Positions 15,296 through 26,660 of a stretch of 64,000 nt of DNA are shown piece after piece. The DNA is from Rhynchobatus australiae. Lineage: Eukaryota. How positions within the stretch are numbered: the first letter of the stretch is position 1; the number at the start of each line of letters is the position of its first letter. The notes under the pieces are model-generated. The model had not been told where the DNA came from and searched no databases. It saw only the letters and a list, made by a program, of their open reading frames with translations. The position numbers and the translations under genes are program-made. Location: the NCBI GenBank assembly GCA_034780895.1, contig JAUZTB010000094.1, forward strand, positions 2,247,111 through 2,311,110. Reading direction: 5' to 3'.

Positions 15296-15649
15296 CTAGT
15301 TGTTAGATGAAAATTGTACAACACCAAGACAAATTTGAAACGTGACAAAACATTAGGATTAACTGGCAGTGCTTCACATATTCAAAAAGTCATTTTGATC
15401 ACAAAGAAATTGGAGGGGAAACTGGCCTGGAGAAAGTTGGCAGCAAATACTCGAGTGAATGACGAGGTCACTTTTGGATTTTGCAGATTCAATTTAGACT
15501 TTAGTTTCAATGTTTTCTCCGAACAGTTTCCCCAATTATTTGTCAAGCACAGATTAGCAGAATGGGCGCAGGAAGAGGAGGAACAAAGTGACATCTTCAA
15601 ACAAAATAAAAAAAGGGCCTTGGCAGCAAGTGAGAATAAAAGGAAAAAG

Positions 15650-16130
15650 GAACAGGCCTTTCAGCCCTCATGTGTGTTCTGCCATTCAGTACGATCTTGG
15701 CTGATTTTTTTACCTCAGCAACACTTTCCAATATTGACCCCACATCCTTCCATTTCCTTGATATGAAAAATCTATCACTCCCTCTCTCCAATCTATTCAG
15801 TGACTTGGCCACCACAGCCCTCCTAAGGAGAGTTCCAAAGATTCACCACCTTCCAGGTGAAGAAATTTCTCCCCATCTCTGTCCTGAATGGCCAACCCCT
15901 TATTTCGAGACTATGCCTTAGTTCTAGACTCCACAGCAAGGGGAAAATGTTATTCCCACATCTACCCTGTCAAACCCTGGAAGAATTTTATGTGGTTCGA
16001 TGAGATCACCTCTCATTGTTCTAGGCTCTAGAGAGGAGCCCAGTCAGCTTAACCTCTCCACATGAGAGGGGTGTGGAGAGTATAACCATCAGTACCACCA
16101 CCACCAGCCCAGGAGCCAACCTGGTGAAAT
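15650..16130 (-). mobile_element. Old CR1-type LINE 3' fragment
   Basis: Matches the other CR1 3' ends in the window (agagttccaaagattcaccacc, gaagaaatttctccccatctctgtcctgaatggc, ctagttctagactcc). Boundaries approximate. Confidence 0.6.
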
Positions 16131-17838
16131 AGTGACATGATTTCAAAATCATGTTGGGCTTAAACAAAAGAAAAACCCCAGCTCACTTAGACCAAATATT
16201 GCTTTAAATTCAGCTTCCAAAACTATCAAGTTTATATCACAATCTACACAATGAATCCTAGGTTTTGGAGGGAAGGGGGTGGCATGGAAAACTCTTCTAC
16301 TGACCTTGTGCCCAAGACCTCCAACCCTTGGATGGCAACACTGGCATACTCTTGGCACCACATGCCGTAAATAATAATGCCCACAAATGTTTCACACCCC
16401 ATGCATTTTTAAACTTTGACACAAATGCAAACCAAGACTATAATCCTCCTCTCCCTTCCCAATAGCAATACACTCATGCAGCTCAAGCAGAGTTTTGGTT
16501 AAAATATGTGATTAACCGAAGCAGGACAAGAGCAGCATCTTGCTCAGACATCAATTTAGATCAAGCATTTTTGTTAAAAGTAAAAAAAAAGTCAAGCCTC
16601 TTTATAAAGAGCAAACAGAACCTCATATCGGAGAGAGAGGAATGCAGAGAGAGAAAAGGGATACTTCAGGAACAGGTAGAAGCTGAAAAATAGGCAAAGA
16701 TATAGGATTAAGCAGCAATATAATCAACAGCAAAAGGATATCAAAAGGTTATATCAAAGTGTTTATAATTGCACTGATTAAGTATTGAAAAGAGACTAAA
16801 CAGTTCTTCATGCTTTGCCCTCATCCTAACTGGTTAAAGCAAAACCTTCAAATGTAATCTCTCCAAAAAATTTTGATCCTAAACATTCCATGTATGAAAA
16901 GCTAGAAATATACTGAATATTTTCAATATCGGGAGAGCTCAGAATCCCAGATAATATTCTGATGCTGAAATTCCCCTTTAAGAAATTAGCCTATTTTAGA
17001 GGATTGAATAACTTGGCCACTAACAGATACCCAATCTCTGTTCGGACCTTCTCTAGGGAACAGTTAATTCCACTTCCATTCAGATTAGCAAGGCGACAGA
17101 TGTGGTGGTAAGCTCATCATATCTTGTAACCATAGCACCCAGTGCCTGAGAAAAGCTGCACACAGCAGGTGGCTGACAACTTCAATGAAAGCTGCTTCAC
17201 GTCGGGACTCTCTGGATGGAGAGGGAGCCATATCTTGAAGTCGGGCTATTTGGATTGAAGCTAGTCTTCTTATCCCGGTGACAAACTTGGAGATTCAAAA
17301 GGTCTGGCACCGAGATAAGGGATTTGTTAGTGTAAACACAGAAAACTCTCAGACACCAGGCTCCTTGACTATAGATAAACAGGAGCAACATAAAGCTGAT
17401 CAAGGCCAGGAAGATACCAGGTTTGATCTTGCTTCGCTTCCAAACTAGCTGATCCTGGGTGCTGGCAAGTGATTTTAGCTGCCTTGGACTTGAGTTGGGG
17501 GGGGGGGGGGGGGTGGAGAGAAAGAGATAGGAGAGAGTATTCTGGAGAAATGACCCATTCTAGGTCATATCCATCTTGAAAGAGGGTATTTCAATGGTTT
17601 CTTTCCCCTTCATTCCTCCACCCTCACCACCCACGGTTGTCACTTGTCAACTGGACTCACACAGAGCAAGGGTCACCTGTGGATATGTAGGAGCAACACT
17701 AGTGAAGTGTGGACAGGTACTGTCAGTAGGGAAATAACCATGACAACTAATGAGGAAAAAATTTTTCTGTGCCCGTTGCGAGCTTTGTAAAGTTGAATGC
17801 GAATTATTTAACAAGATGATGCCCAATGGGATGCCTAC

Positions 17839-17930
17839 CTTAACAGGTTTGGCTGGAATGTTTTGTATTTCCATGGTTGGTCTTTGTTGCTTTACACCGT
17901 CAGCTGAAAGCTTTGACATCCCTTCATTTT
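17839..17930 (-). CDS. LIMA1: LIMA1 exon 9
   Basis: Acceptor ttaatgcag|AA; donor AAG|gtaggc. [31 protein letters not shown]; 92 nt, phase 1 to 0, leading into KFQLP as human PPKAMK|KFQAP does. Confidence 0.78.
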
Positions 17931-18097
17931 CTGCATTAACAATCAATTTTTAAAAAAGGATTAAGAGCATGAATTAAAACCAGATATCGTTAGCTGTCAG
18001 TGCAAACACAGAGGAGTGAAGTTTATTTTCTATTTGAACTGTAAACATGGCATCGAAGCCTCTACTGGGCCACCTATTGGCTTGAAGCGGTTGTACA

Positions 18098-18468
18098 GAT
18101 AAGATTTCTTTATTAGTCACATGTACATGGAAACACACAGCGAGATGCATCTTTTGCGTAGAGTGTTCTGGGGGCAGCCCGCAAGTGTCGCCACGCTTCC
18201 GGCGCCAACATAGCACACCCANNNNNNNNNNNNNNNNNNNNNNNNNNNNNNNNNNNNNNNNNNNNNNNNNNNNNNNNNNNNNNNNNNNNNNNNNNNNNNN
18301 NNNNNNNNNNNNNNNNNNNNNTGGAATGTGGGAGGAAACCGGAGCACCCGGAGGAAACCCACGCAGACACGGGGAGAAGGTACAAACTCCTTACAGTCAG
18401 CGGCCGGAATTGAACCCAGGACACTGGTGTTGTAATAGCGTTATGCTAACCGCTACACTACCACACCT
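18098..18468 (-). mobile_element. tRNA-derived SINE (V-SINE/HE1-like), interrupted by an N-gap
   Basis: tRNA-like head with B-box GGTTCAATTCC (18406-18416), core gtaaggagtttgtaccttctccccgtgtctgcgtgggtttcctccgggtgctccggtttcctcccaca, and a LINE-like 3' tail ending aataaagaaatcttatct. Confidence 0.75.
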
Positions 18469-18485
18469 GCCCAAAATTGGAAGCT

Positions 18486-18567
18486 TGGCAGTGGTAGGAT
18501 TCAAACACACGTCCCCTCGGAGACTGGAGCCTAAATCCAGCACCTTAGACCACTCGGCCGCCTGCAA
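18486..18567 (-). pseudogene. Degenerate tRNA-Leu(TAG) pseudogene
   Basis: Minus strand GGCCGAGTGGTCTAAGGTGCTGGATTTAGGCTCCAGTCTC...GTGTGTTTGAATCCTACCACTGCCA aligns to vertebrate tRNA-Leu-TAG. The T-loop (TTTGAA), T-stem and acceptor stem are damaged; TTTT lies about 10 nt downstream. Confidence 0.8.
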
Positions 18568-18765
18568 CTCTCCACACAAAACAGCAGGCTGAATCAAGCT
18601 GATTCTTCCCCCAACCCCCCACCCAGGAAGCATCCAGCTGAGACTAACCACCTGAATACCCCAAACAGCCTTTGACAATGAGGCAAGGTTGGAGCGAGAG
18701 CCTTGTGTCAAAATAAACTTCTTGCTAAAAAAAATATTTTAAATCTCCAATTCAAAACTATTAAG

Positions 18766-18909
18766 GAGAGACAAGAGACTGCAGATGCTGGAACCCAGAG
18801 CAACAAACAATTTACTGGCGGAACTTGGTCAGGCAGGGATTGTCAATGAGACCCTGCATCAGTTCTGATGCTGATCAACCAAAGTTCCTCCAGCAGATTG
18901 ATTGTTGCT
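18766..18909. mobile_element. Short hairpin non-autonomous element (Penelope-like) with 13-bp TSD
   Basis: Inverted arms gagcaacaaacaatttactggcggaactt / aagttcctccagcagattgattgttgctc; direct repeat caaaactattaag at 18753-18765 and 18910-18922. Confidence 0.65.
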
Positions 18910-19293
18910 CAAAACTATTAAGACTGCTGCAAAGTAAAAATATTTAAAACATTAAAAACACATTAAAACACTGAGAAATAACAACATTAAAGCAATGGAA
19001 GAGGAAAATAAATGACTGTTCCAGCCCAATGACTCATTAGAGTGACAGATGCCGCTCAGCATGTCCCAAGAGCCAAACTGCTAATGGCCGAACACTGATT
19101 AGCTCCCTGACCTCAGCTGAGGTCCATTTGCCTCACTGATCTCCAATATTTGGAGAACAAGTATTTTATTCCTCCAGGGAAGAGTTTGNNNNNNNNNNAA
19201 GGCTGCCTTGCCATGTCTGAACAATGAGTGCAAGGGTGGCTCTGGTATGGGGAGGCAACACACAGGCAGAGTGACAAACACAGTATGGCTCAC

Positions 19294-19366
19294 CTTGGGC
19301 ATCTACCCGTCTTTCGGAAACAGAAGAATTTTTCCAAGAACTGGGAGTGCTCTCAATCACAGACCC
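19294..19366 (-). CDS. LIMA1: LIMA1 exon 8
   Basis: Acceptor tttccttgtgttctgtcccag|GGG; donor CAAG|gtgagc. GSVIESTPSSWKNSSVSERRVDAQ-(G); 73 nt, phase 0 to 1, joining the next exon to form GAA. Confidence 0.75.
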
Positions 19367-20049
19367 CTGGGACAGAACACAAGGAAAGTTACAAAGCTGC
19401 ATTTTTCAACAGTGTAATGGAAAAACAACATTAAGCAATAATAGGAAGATCTCTTATGCAAACTTTCAAAATAATTGTTTTATCGCTTTCTCTACTGAGC
19501 TTTGAGCTCTGGGTACAATTTGAGAAGCAGCCTTGATGGGCTGAATGGCCTACTCCTGCTTTTCATTATGTTCTGGCACGCTAACTTCTGCCCTTAATTG
19601 CTGCAAAGATAGTGCAGGTGGGAGGGAAATAATCACACCTGGATTTATGAATCTTGAGAAGCTTGTCCACCTAGGACAAAAGCAGCTCATGGCACTGGAA
19701 CCCCATCCACTACCTGAAACATTTGTTCTCTGCACCACCGACACAGAGTGGCTGCAGTGAGTGTCATCTACAAAATGCACTGCAGTCACTTACCAAGGCT
19801 CATATGACCACACCTCCCAAACCCACGGTGTCACCACCTAGATGAACAGTAGGCGCTTGGGAAAGCGCCAAGCTCTCCTCCACATCACACACCACCCCAG
19901 CAGTACCCTCAGACAGAGGCTGCAGCCAATCAAGGTGGCAGCTCAACAGTACATTTGTGGGCAAGTCAGGATGGGCAATAAATGCTGGCCTGGCCAGTGA
20001 TGCTCTGATCCATTAATGAATAATGGAGCATAGCTCACAAATCTTGTGT

Positions 20050-20600
20050 AGTATAGAAGGGCATTCGCCCCTTGTGCCTGCTCCCCACTCACAGCTGATC
20101 TACTGCCTCACTTTCCTGCACTAACCCCATATCCCTTGATTCCCCACTGGGTAAACATCTACTCATCTCGATCTTGAATACCCTCTGGAACTCTCTCTCC
20201 CAAGAGGCTCAGTGACAAAGACTCACCACCCTCTGGGTGAAGAATCATCTCCCAATCTCTGTCCCGAACAGCTGGCCCCTTTTTCTGAGACTGCAATCTG
20301 GTTTCAGGCTTCCCGGCCAAGGGAAACATGAATTCTGCCAAGGATTTTGTACAAATCAATGAGATTACTCCTCCTCCTTCTACACTAGATACAGGCAGAG
20401 TCTGCTTCATCTTTTCTCCTACAATAAACCTGCCACCCCAGAAATCCATCTGGTGAATCCTTGTTGCACTCCAATCAATACATCCATCCTTGGGTAGTGA
20501 GAACAGACTTGTATACAATATGTAGTCTCACCAGAGCTCTACATAATTAGAGCAAGATATCTCAGCTCTAGTACTCAAATCCTGACGCTGTTCAACCTGA
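20050..20600 (-). mobile_element. Old CR1-type LINE 3' fragment
   Basis: Similar to the 15650-16130 copy (actcaccaccctctgggtgaagaa...atctctgtcc). Boundaries approximate. Confidence 0.55.
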
Positions 20601-21147
20601 TCAATGGACTCACACCTTGTTGGATCAATAGACACCTTGATTCAACCACCTACCCTTCCCCTACTTCACCATTCATNNNNNNNNNNNNNNNNNNNNNNNN
20701 NNNNNNNNNNNNNNNNNNNNNNNNNNNNNNNNNNNNNNNNNNNNNNNNNNNNNNNNNNNNNNNNNNNNNCACCACGATTATTTTGCAAACTGAGATTCAT
20801 TAACAGGTTCTATTTTTAAATTAAGATGTGAACAAAAACAGAATGGCCAGGGAGTGCAGAGACTGGTCAGATGTGAAACTGGTGGGTCACAGTAATCCTT
20901 TCAAGTGCAGGGAGCTTCAAGCTAGTGCCCAACTTGAGAATAGTTACTTGGAAAAGCAGTTTCACCAAAAAGTCAGCAGGCAACACAGACCCTGCAGTAA
21001 ACTCACTGATGCACTAAACTACTTTTGAAGTTCCCCAGGGTCTTAAAAGTGGTTAAATTAAGCAGGCAATGAGTGCAGTAATGTGGGAATTCACAAGAGA
21101 CAATTTGTGCACCAAGGGCCACAAACAGCAGCGTAATAAAGACCAAA

Positions 21148-22370
21148 ATTAAATCCTCGTATCTTGCAGTGAGATCAGATTGACTTGTAGATAGCTGGAG
21201 GCATTGATAACAAATGACCGGTTTTGGAGACTCGAGGAGGGGGAGAGATTCCAAAAGCTGTTTAAACACCAAATTATCAGTGGCTGGAGACCTTCACAGA
21301 AAAAAGGTATAGAGAGTCAAACTTGACCCAGTAGCAGGTAATCCAGGAGGCTGGGGGCAGTGGGGTATATTCTCAGTTTCCATCACGCACACACACACCA
21401 GTGGATCCAGTTTACCAGAAGAGAAAGTGAAGTATAGAGCAAGGGACAGAAAGCAAATAATAATTAATTGCTTTGCATAGATTCACACTTTTGATCTGAG
21501 CTTCTAGTTTGGAGTAAGCAATATAGGATAGGAATCTGCAATGAAAGCGACAAAAAGTCGACTTCATCAAGGTGTGGATGAGCGTGTGCCTTGAAAAACA
21601 TACTGAGTCTTCCCAAACCAGAAGCCCTGGATGAACCAGGAGCTTCACAGTCTGCTGACGGCTAGATATGTGGCGTTCAAACCTGGCGATCCAGAACCCT
21701 ACAAGAAGTCCAGGTATGACATACATAAGGCCATCGTGAGAGCAAAAAGGAAATTCTGTGTGAAGCTAGAGACACAATCGGATGCATGACACCTGTGGTA
21801 GGGTTTGCATGCCATTAATTCCTACAAGGTGAAACCTAACAGCATAAATGGCAGTGATACTTCACTGCCCGATGAGCTTAGCACTTTTTATGCATGCTTT
21901 GAAAGGGAGAATAACACTACACTTGTGCGAATCCCCAAAGCATCTGGTGACCCTGTGATCTCTGTCTTGAAGGCCGACGTCAGAACATCCTTCAAGAGCG
22001 TGAACCCTCGCAAGGCGTCAGGCCCCAACGGTGTACCTGGCAGGGTACTGAAAATCTGTGCCAACCAACTGGATGGAGTGTTCAAGTGAGTGTTTAACCT
22101 CTCACTGCTGCAGTTGAAGGTTCCCACCTGCTTTAAAAGTTGAAGCATACCAGTGCCCAAAAAGAGCAGGGTGAGCCGTCTCAAGGACTATCACCCAGTA
22201 GCACTCACATCTACTGTGATGAAGTGCTTTGAGAGGTTGGTCATGGCTAGAATTAACTCCTGCCTGAGCANNNNNNNNNNNNNNNNNNNNNNNNNNNNNN
22301 NNNNNNNNNNNNNNNNNNNNNNNNNNNNNNNNNNNNNNNNNNNNNNNNNNNNNNNNNNNNNNNNNNNNNN
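21148..22370 (+). mobile_element. Rex1/Babar-type non-LTR retrotransposon fragment (degenerate RT), rest hidden in gap
   Basis: FPNQKPWMN...PRKASGPNGVPGRVLKICANQL...[19 protein letters not shown], with stops and frameshifts; flanked by a 17-bp direct repeat gcgtaataaagaccaaa (21131-21147, 22371-22387). Confidence 0.82.
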
Positions 22371-24808
22371 GCGTAATAAAGACCAAATAAACTGCAAATT
22401 TTAGGTACTGCTGACTAAGCCAAGACATTATTAGCAGCACAGTGAAAAATGGCATGGTTAGAATTTGATAACCATGAAGATTGCAGAGTGTGGGCTGACC
22501 AAGAGAGGGCACTAATTCACAACTACAAAGGCAGGTGAGAAACAATGGGGATGGATTGACTGAATACTGTAATACATCCCAATATTCAGGCCATGCAAAC
22601 AAATTCCCATAATATTAAATTCAAAAGTCTGACGTACCTACACGTTCATTTCTATAAATGACAGAACTAGTTTCTTCTCTCCACTTTCAGTAATTGTTTT
22701 TTCTCATCAGCCTCATGTGCTTTTGATGCCATTCACTATAATACTGTAGAAGTACAGTTACCATATAGAATGTTTTTTTATTCATTTTTCAACTTATGGA
22801 CGTCCATATAAACAGAACCCATTTTTGTTTAACCTGTAGGCAGCCGAGACAAGAGCAGGCACCTTGTGAACATACTAGCAGTGGATGACAGTGACGGGTC
22901 ATAGATTTAGTTCATCCTTCACTCTAGCAAATATTGAATCCAATCACATCAGAAAAAGGGGTCAAGGGTAATTTTAGAAAAGGGGGACTTTGTTCCCCAA
23001 AATCTGGAAGGATGGCAAATCTTCAGCCATTGAGTGTCCGGGCACTGAGCCAAAGCCAAGCTGATGGATTCTTGGAACGAGGCAGCGACATTTCAAGTGG
23101 AAACCACCTAGCCATGGCTTTGTCAGCCCTACTGTAATCAATACTGTACAACCATTGCTGCTAAAGTCCGCTCACATACCTTCTGCAGCTCCGCACGGGG
23201 GGACGTACTGGTCAAAGGTTCTGGTGGCACATTCTCTTTTTGTTCATTCCCATTGCTTGCATGTATTTCAAGGTCACTGGTGCATATATCAGACTACAAC
23301 AGATAAAGCCAGCACAAACATTCAGAGAATCAAAAGAACATTACAATAGTCTTGCAAAACAGCGGCTTCCTTTATTTGCAGGTCAGCTGAATTACTGGGT
23401 GGTTTAAAATTAAAATTAGAATCAAAATAAACCAAATAATTACTCAGGGCTCTAAGTACTTGCATGGAGGTAATGAAGGCAGGTGAAAACTCAACAATGC
23501 ACTGAGCACATTGTCAACATTGGGTACCAAAAGGCATGTACAAAGGGAGATGGAACTGGCACACAATAGACACCTACACTGCTACAATTCAAAACTCAGA
23601 TCAGGAACTAGCAAACTGCGTCACAAAGACATTTGCTGGTAAATGGGATTAGTGTAGTGTAGACGGGCAAGACTTTAGCACAGACGTGGCGGGCTGAAGG
23701 GCCTGTTTCTGTGCTGTACGACTCCGTGACTCGATAAGATCAAATTGCAATNNNNNNNNNNNNNNNNNNNNNNNNNNNNNNNNNNNNNNNNNNNNNNNNN
23801 NNNNNNNNNNNNNNNNNNNNNNNTTTTTGTTGCTGTTAAGGGGAGGGGTGGACAGGGAAGAAAGTTAATCTACAGGGAAGATGGTGAAAATAATAGATGT
23901 GGCATTGCTATGCATTTCACATACATTGTTATTCATCACGTCCTACAATGCATAAAAAAAAACAATTTGAATTTTTGTGGCATTTCTCCCAAAGCTCTTT
24001 ATAGCCAAAGGCACATTTTGTGGCAGAGTGACAGCTGTGATTCAACAAATCTCTCGGGACAGTTTCAACCTTGTGGAGTGTGGGCAGCTGAGGGTAGGGC
24101 AGACCCTCTGCCCACATGCTGATGGCTCGCAGCCCGTCCCATTTACACATTGCTGGTGATAGTCAGGAGCCTGGTTAGGCATCACCAGCTACAAGCAGGC
24201 AGAGAAACCAGTGGACCTATTGCTGGAGCAGGCGTAGCTGAAGGGAAGCTGGCTGTGTGGAGGTGGAGAACTGGAGGTCACACACACACACCCTTCTCCT
24301 GTGCCTCACTATTCTATGAATACAATATCCTCACCTCAATAAATATTTAGACTCAAACCAGTGGCAATCCCTTCTGTGCACCTGTGAACTGTATTAAAAC
24401 CCTAATTCTGCTTTCTCACGGACTCTTACAACAAAGTTACATCAGTAGCAGCAGAGCAGTTGGAAACATCTCTCCCAATACTTCGCATTGAAAAATACAA
24501 ATTCACAGGATTAATGTTTAATAAGTTGGCAAACATTGAGATCTCACAAATAGAAGAATATAACAGTGTGAAACTTGGAGGAAGGATGCAGGAAAACTTA
24601 AGTGTTGGAAATTTGCTGCTAGTATATCTGCTCGGTGTGGGGGGGTGGGGGGGAAAGAGCTCAGTCATCCCTGCTCTTCATCACCAACTCTCAGGGTTCA
24701 GCTGAGGTACTGTCACCTGTAGTGAGAGCAGATTCAAGTAAAGCTATCTGATTGCTGTACAGATTGACCACCAAGCCCCAAGGAAGGCAGTGGCAAGTGC
24801 TGCCACAG

Positions 24809-25566
24809 AATTATAGAGTTGTAGAGCAACACAGCACGGATACAGGCCCTTTGGCCCAGTGAGTCCATGCTGACCATGGTGCCCACCCAACTAGTCCCAA
24901 TTTCCTTCAGCCCATATCCCTCCAGGCCCCACCCCTCCACATACCTATCCAAGTGATTCTTAAATGATACTATTGTACCTGCCTCTGCCACCTCCTTTGG
25001 CAGCTTGTTCCATACACCCACCACCCTCTATGCGAAAAAGTTGCCCCTCAGGACCTTTTTATATTTTTCTCTCCTCACACCAAATCTGTGCCCTCTAGTT
25101 TTGGGCTCCCCTACTCTGAGGAAAAGATTTACTGTCCACCTTATCTATGCCTCTCATAATTTTAAACACTTCTCTAAAGGTTGCCCCTTATTCTCCTAAA
25201 ATCCCAGGAATAAAGACCTAAGCCTGGCCAACCTCTCTCTGTAACTCAGGCCCTCTAGTCCAGGCAACATCCTTGGGAAATCTTTTCTGCACTCCTCCCA
25301 GTTTAACGACGACTTTCCTACAATAGGGTGACCAAAACCATATACAGTACATGACTTATACAACTGAAACATAATGTCCCAACTCCTGTATTCAATGCCC
25401 TGACTGATGAAGGCCAGCGTGCTAAATCCCTTTTTCACCACCCTGTCTACCTGTGACACCACTTTCAACGAGCTATGCACATGTACTCCTAGGTCCCTCT
25501 GTTCCATAATACTCCCTAGTGCCCTACCATTCATAGTACAAGTCCTACTCTGGTTTGACTTTCCAG
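24809..25566 (-). mobile_element. CR1-type LINE 3' fragment
   Basis: MNGRALGSIMEQRDLGVHVHSSLKV...GIEYRSWDIMFQLYKS and VGVWNKLPKEVAEAGTIVSFKNHLDRY are CR1 ORF2 C-terminal motifs, followed by a CR1-type 3' UTR. Confidence 0.85.
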
Positions 25567-26128
25567 TTATGGAGAAAGAAACAGAGTTCACATTTCAGGT
25601 CGATGACCTTCCCACTGAAATGGAAAAGTGAGGGAACACCCACATTTTCNNNNNNNNNNNNNNNNNNNNNNNNNNNNNNNNNNNNNNNNNNNNNNNNNNN
25701 NNNNNNNNNNNNNNNNNNNNNNNNNNNNNNNNNNNNNNNNNNNNNNNNNCAGAGTTCACATTTCAGGTCGATGACCTTCCCCCAGAAATGGAAAAGTGAG
25801 GGAACACCCACATTTTCTCCCTTTTCCTAGTTCAGGTGAAGGGTCCTGGAGCATTAACTGTTTCTCTCTCCACACATGCTGCATGGACTGCTGAATGTTT
25901 CCAGCATTTTCTTTATTTATTTCAGATGTGCAGATTTTTTTTGCTTTTCAATCACAGAATAGTAATGACACAGGAAGAAGCTAACCCACCCCATTGAGCT
26001 CCTGCAGACAAAAAAAATTGCAAAAAAAAAGTGGGATCAGTACATCTATAATATGACCTCAGACTGGGTACTCTGACCCACACATCCACAAAAGAGGTAG
26101 TCAGTAAGTAAACAAAGGCCCCTTTTAC

Positions 26129-26221
26129 CTGTGACAGTCTCTTTGGATTGGATGATTCTCTGGTGTCCCACAGCTCCTTGGTGTCGACGACTTCTCCAGG
26201 CGCCACATTCTCGTCCAAAAT
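26129..26221 (-). CDS. LIMA1: LIMA1 exon 7
   Basis: [31 protein letters not shown], where ENVAPG resembles human ENVPPG. Acceptor gcctag|ATT; donor CAG|gtaaaa; 93 nt, phase 0-0. Confidence 0.75.
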
Positions 26222-26319
26222 CTAGGCATTTTCCAAGACAACAATTAGTTTCAGAAGTAGTCCTGCTCTGTTCAATAAACACCAATTGGATCAAGCAATT
26301 TAGGAACAAACTTCATTTC

Positions 26320-26660
26320 TACAGTGCCCTTTCACAGCCTTGGGGGAGGGGGTTTCCACAGCATTTCGCAGCCAAAGAGGAACTTGGTGGTCATTGCTCC
26401 AAATGAAGGAAATGCAGCAGCCATATGCGCACAGCAAGCTCCCACAAACAACAATGAGGTGAACGTTAATGAGACTGATTAAAAGATAGATGTTAGCCAG
26501 GACACCAGGGAGCTCTTCTTGCACCGTGGGCTCTTTTACATTCACCTGAACAGGTAGGCATCACCTCTTGACAAGACAACACTGCATTGCTCAAGTCCCT
26601 GTGACGTGTTTTGAATCCACAACCTCCATCCAAGCAGCAAGAACACTACCCACCAAGTGA
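26320..26660 (+). mobile_element. Ancient Deu-domain SINE remnant (one of several copies)
   Basis: Core gcagccatatgcgcacagcaagctcccacaaacaacaatg. Similar cores at ~8280 (-), ~21100 (+), ~26890 (-), ~29390 (-), ~46700 (+) and ~50590 (+). Confidence 0.55.

Noticed and set aside
17497-17513. Poly-G tract (another at ~62898-62915)
   Set aside because: Simple homopolymers with no further structural evidence of function.
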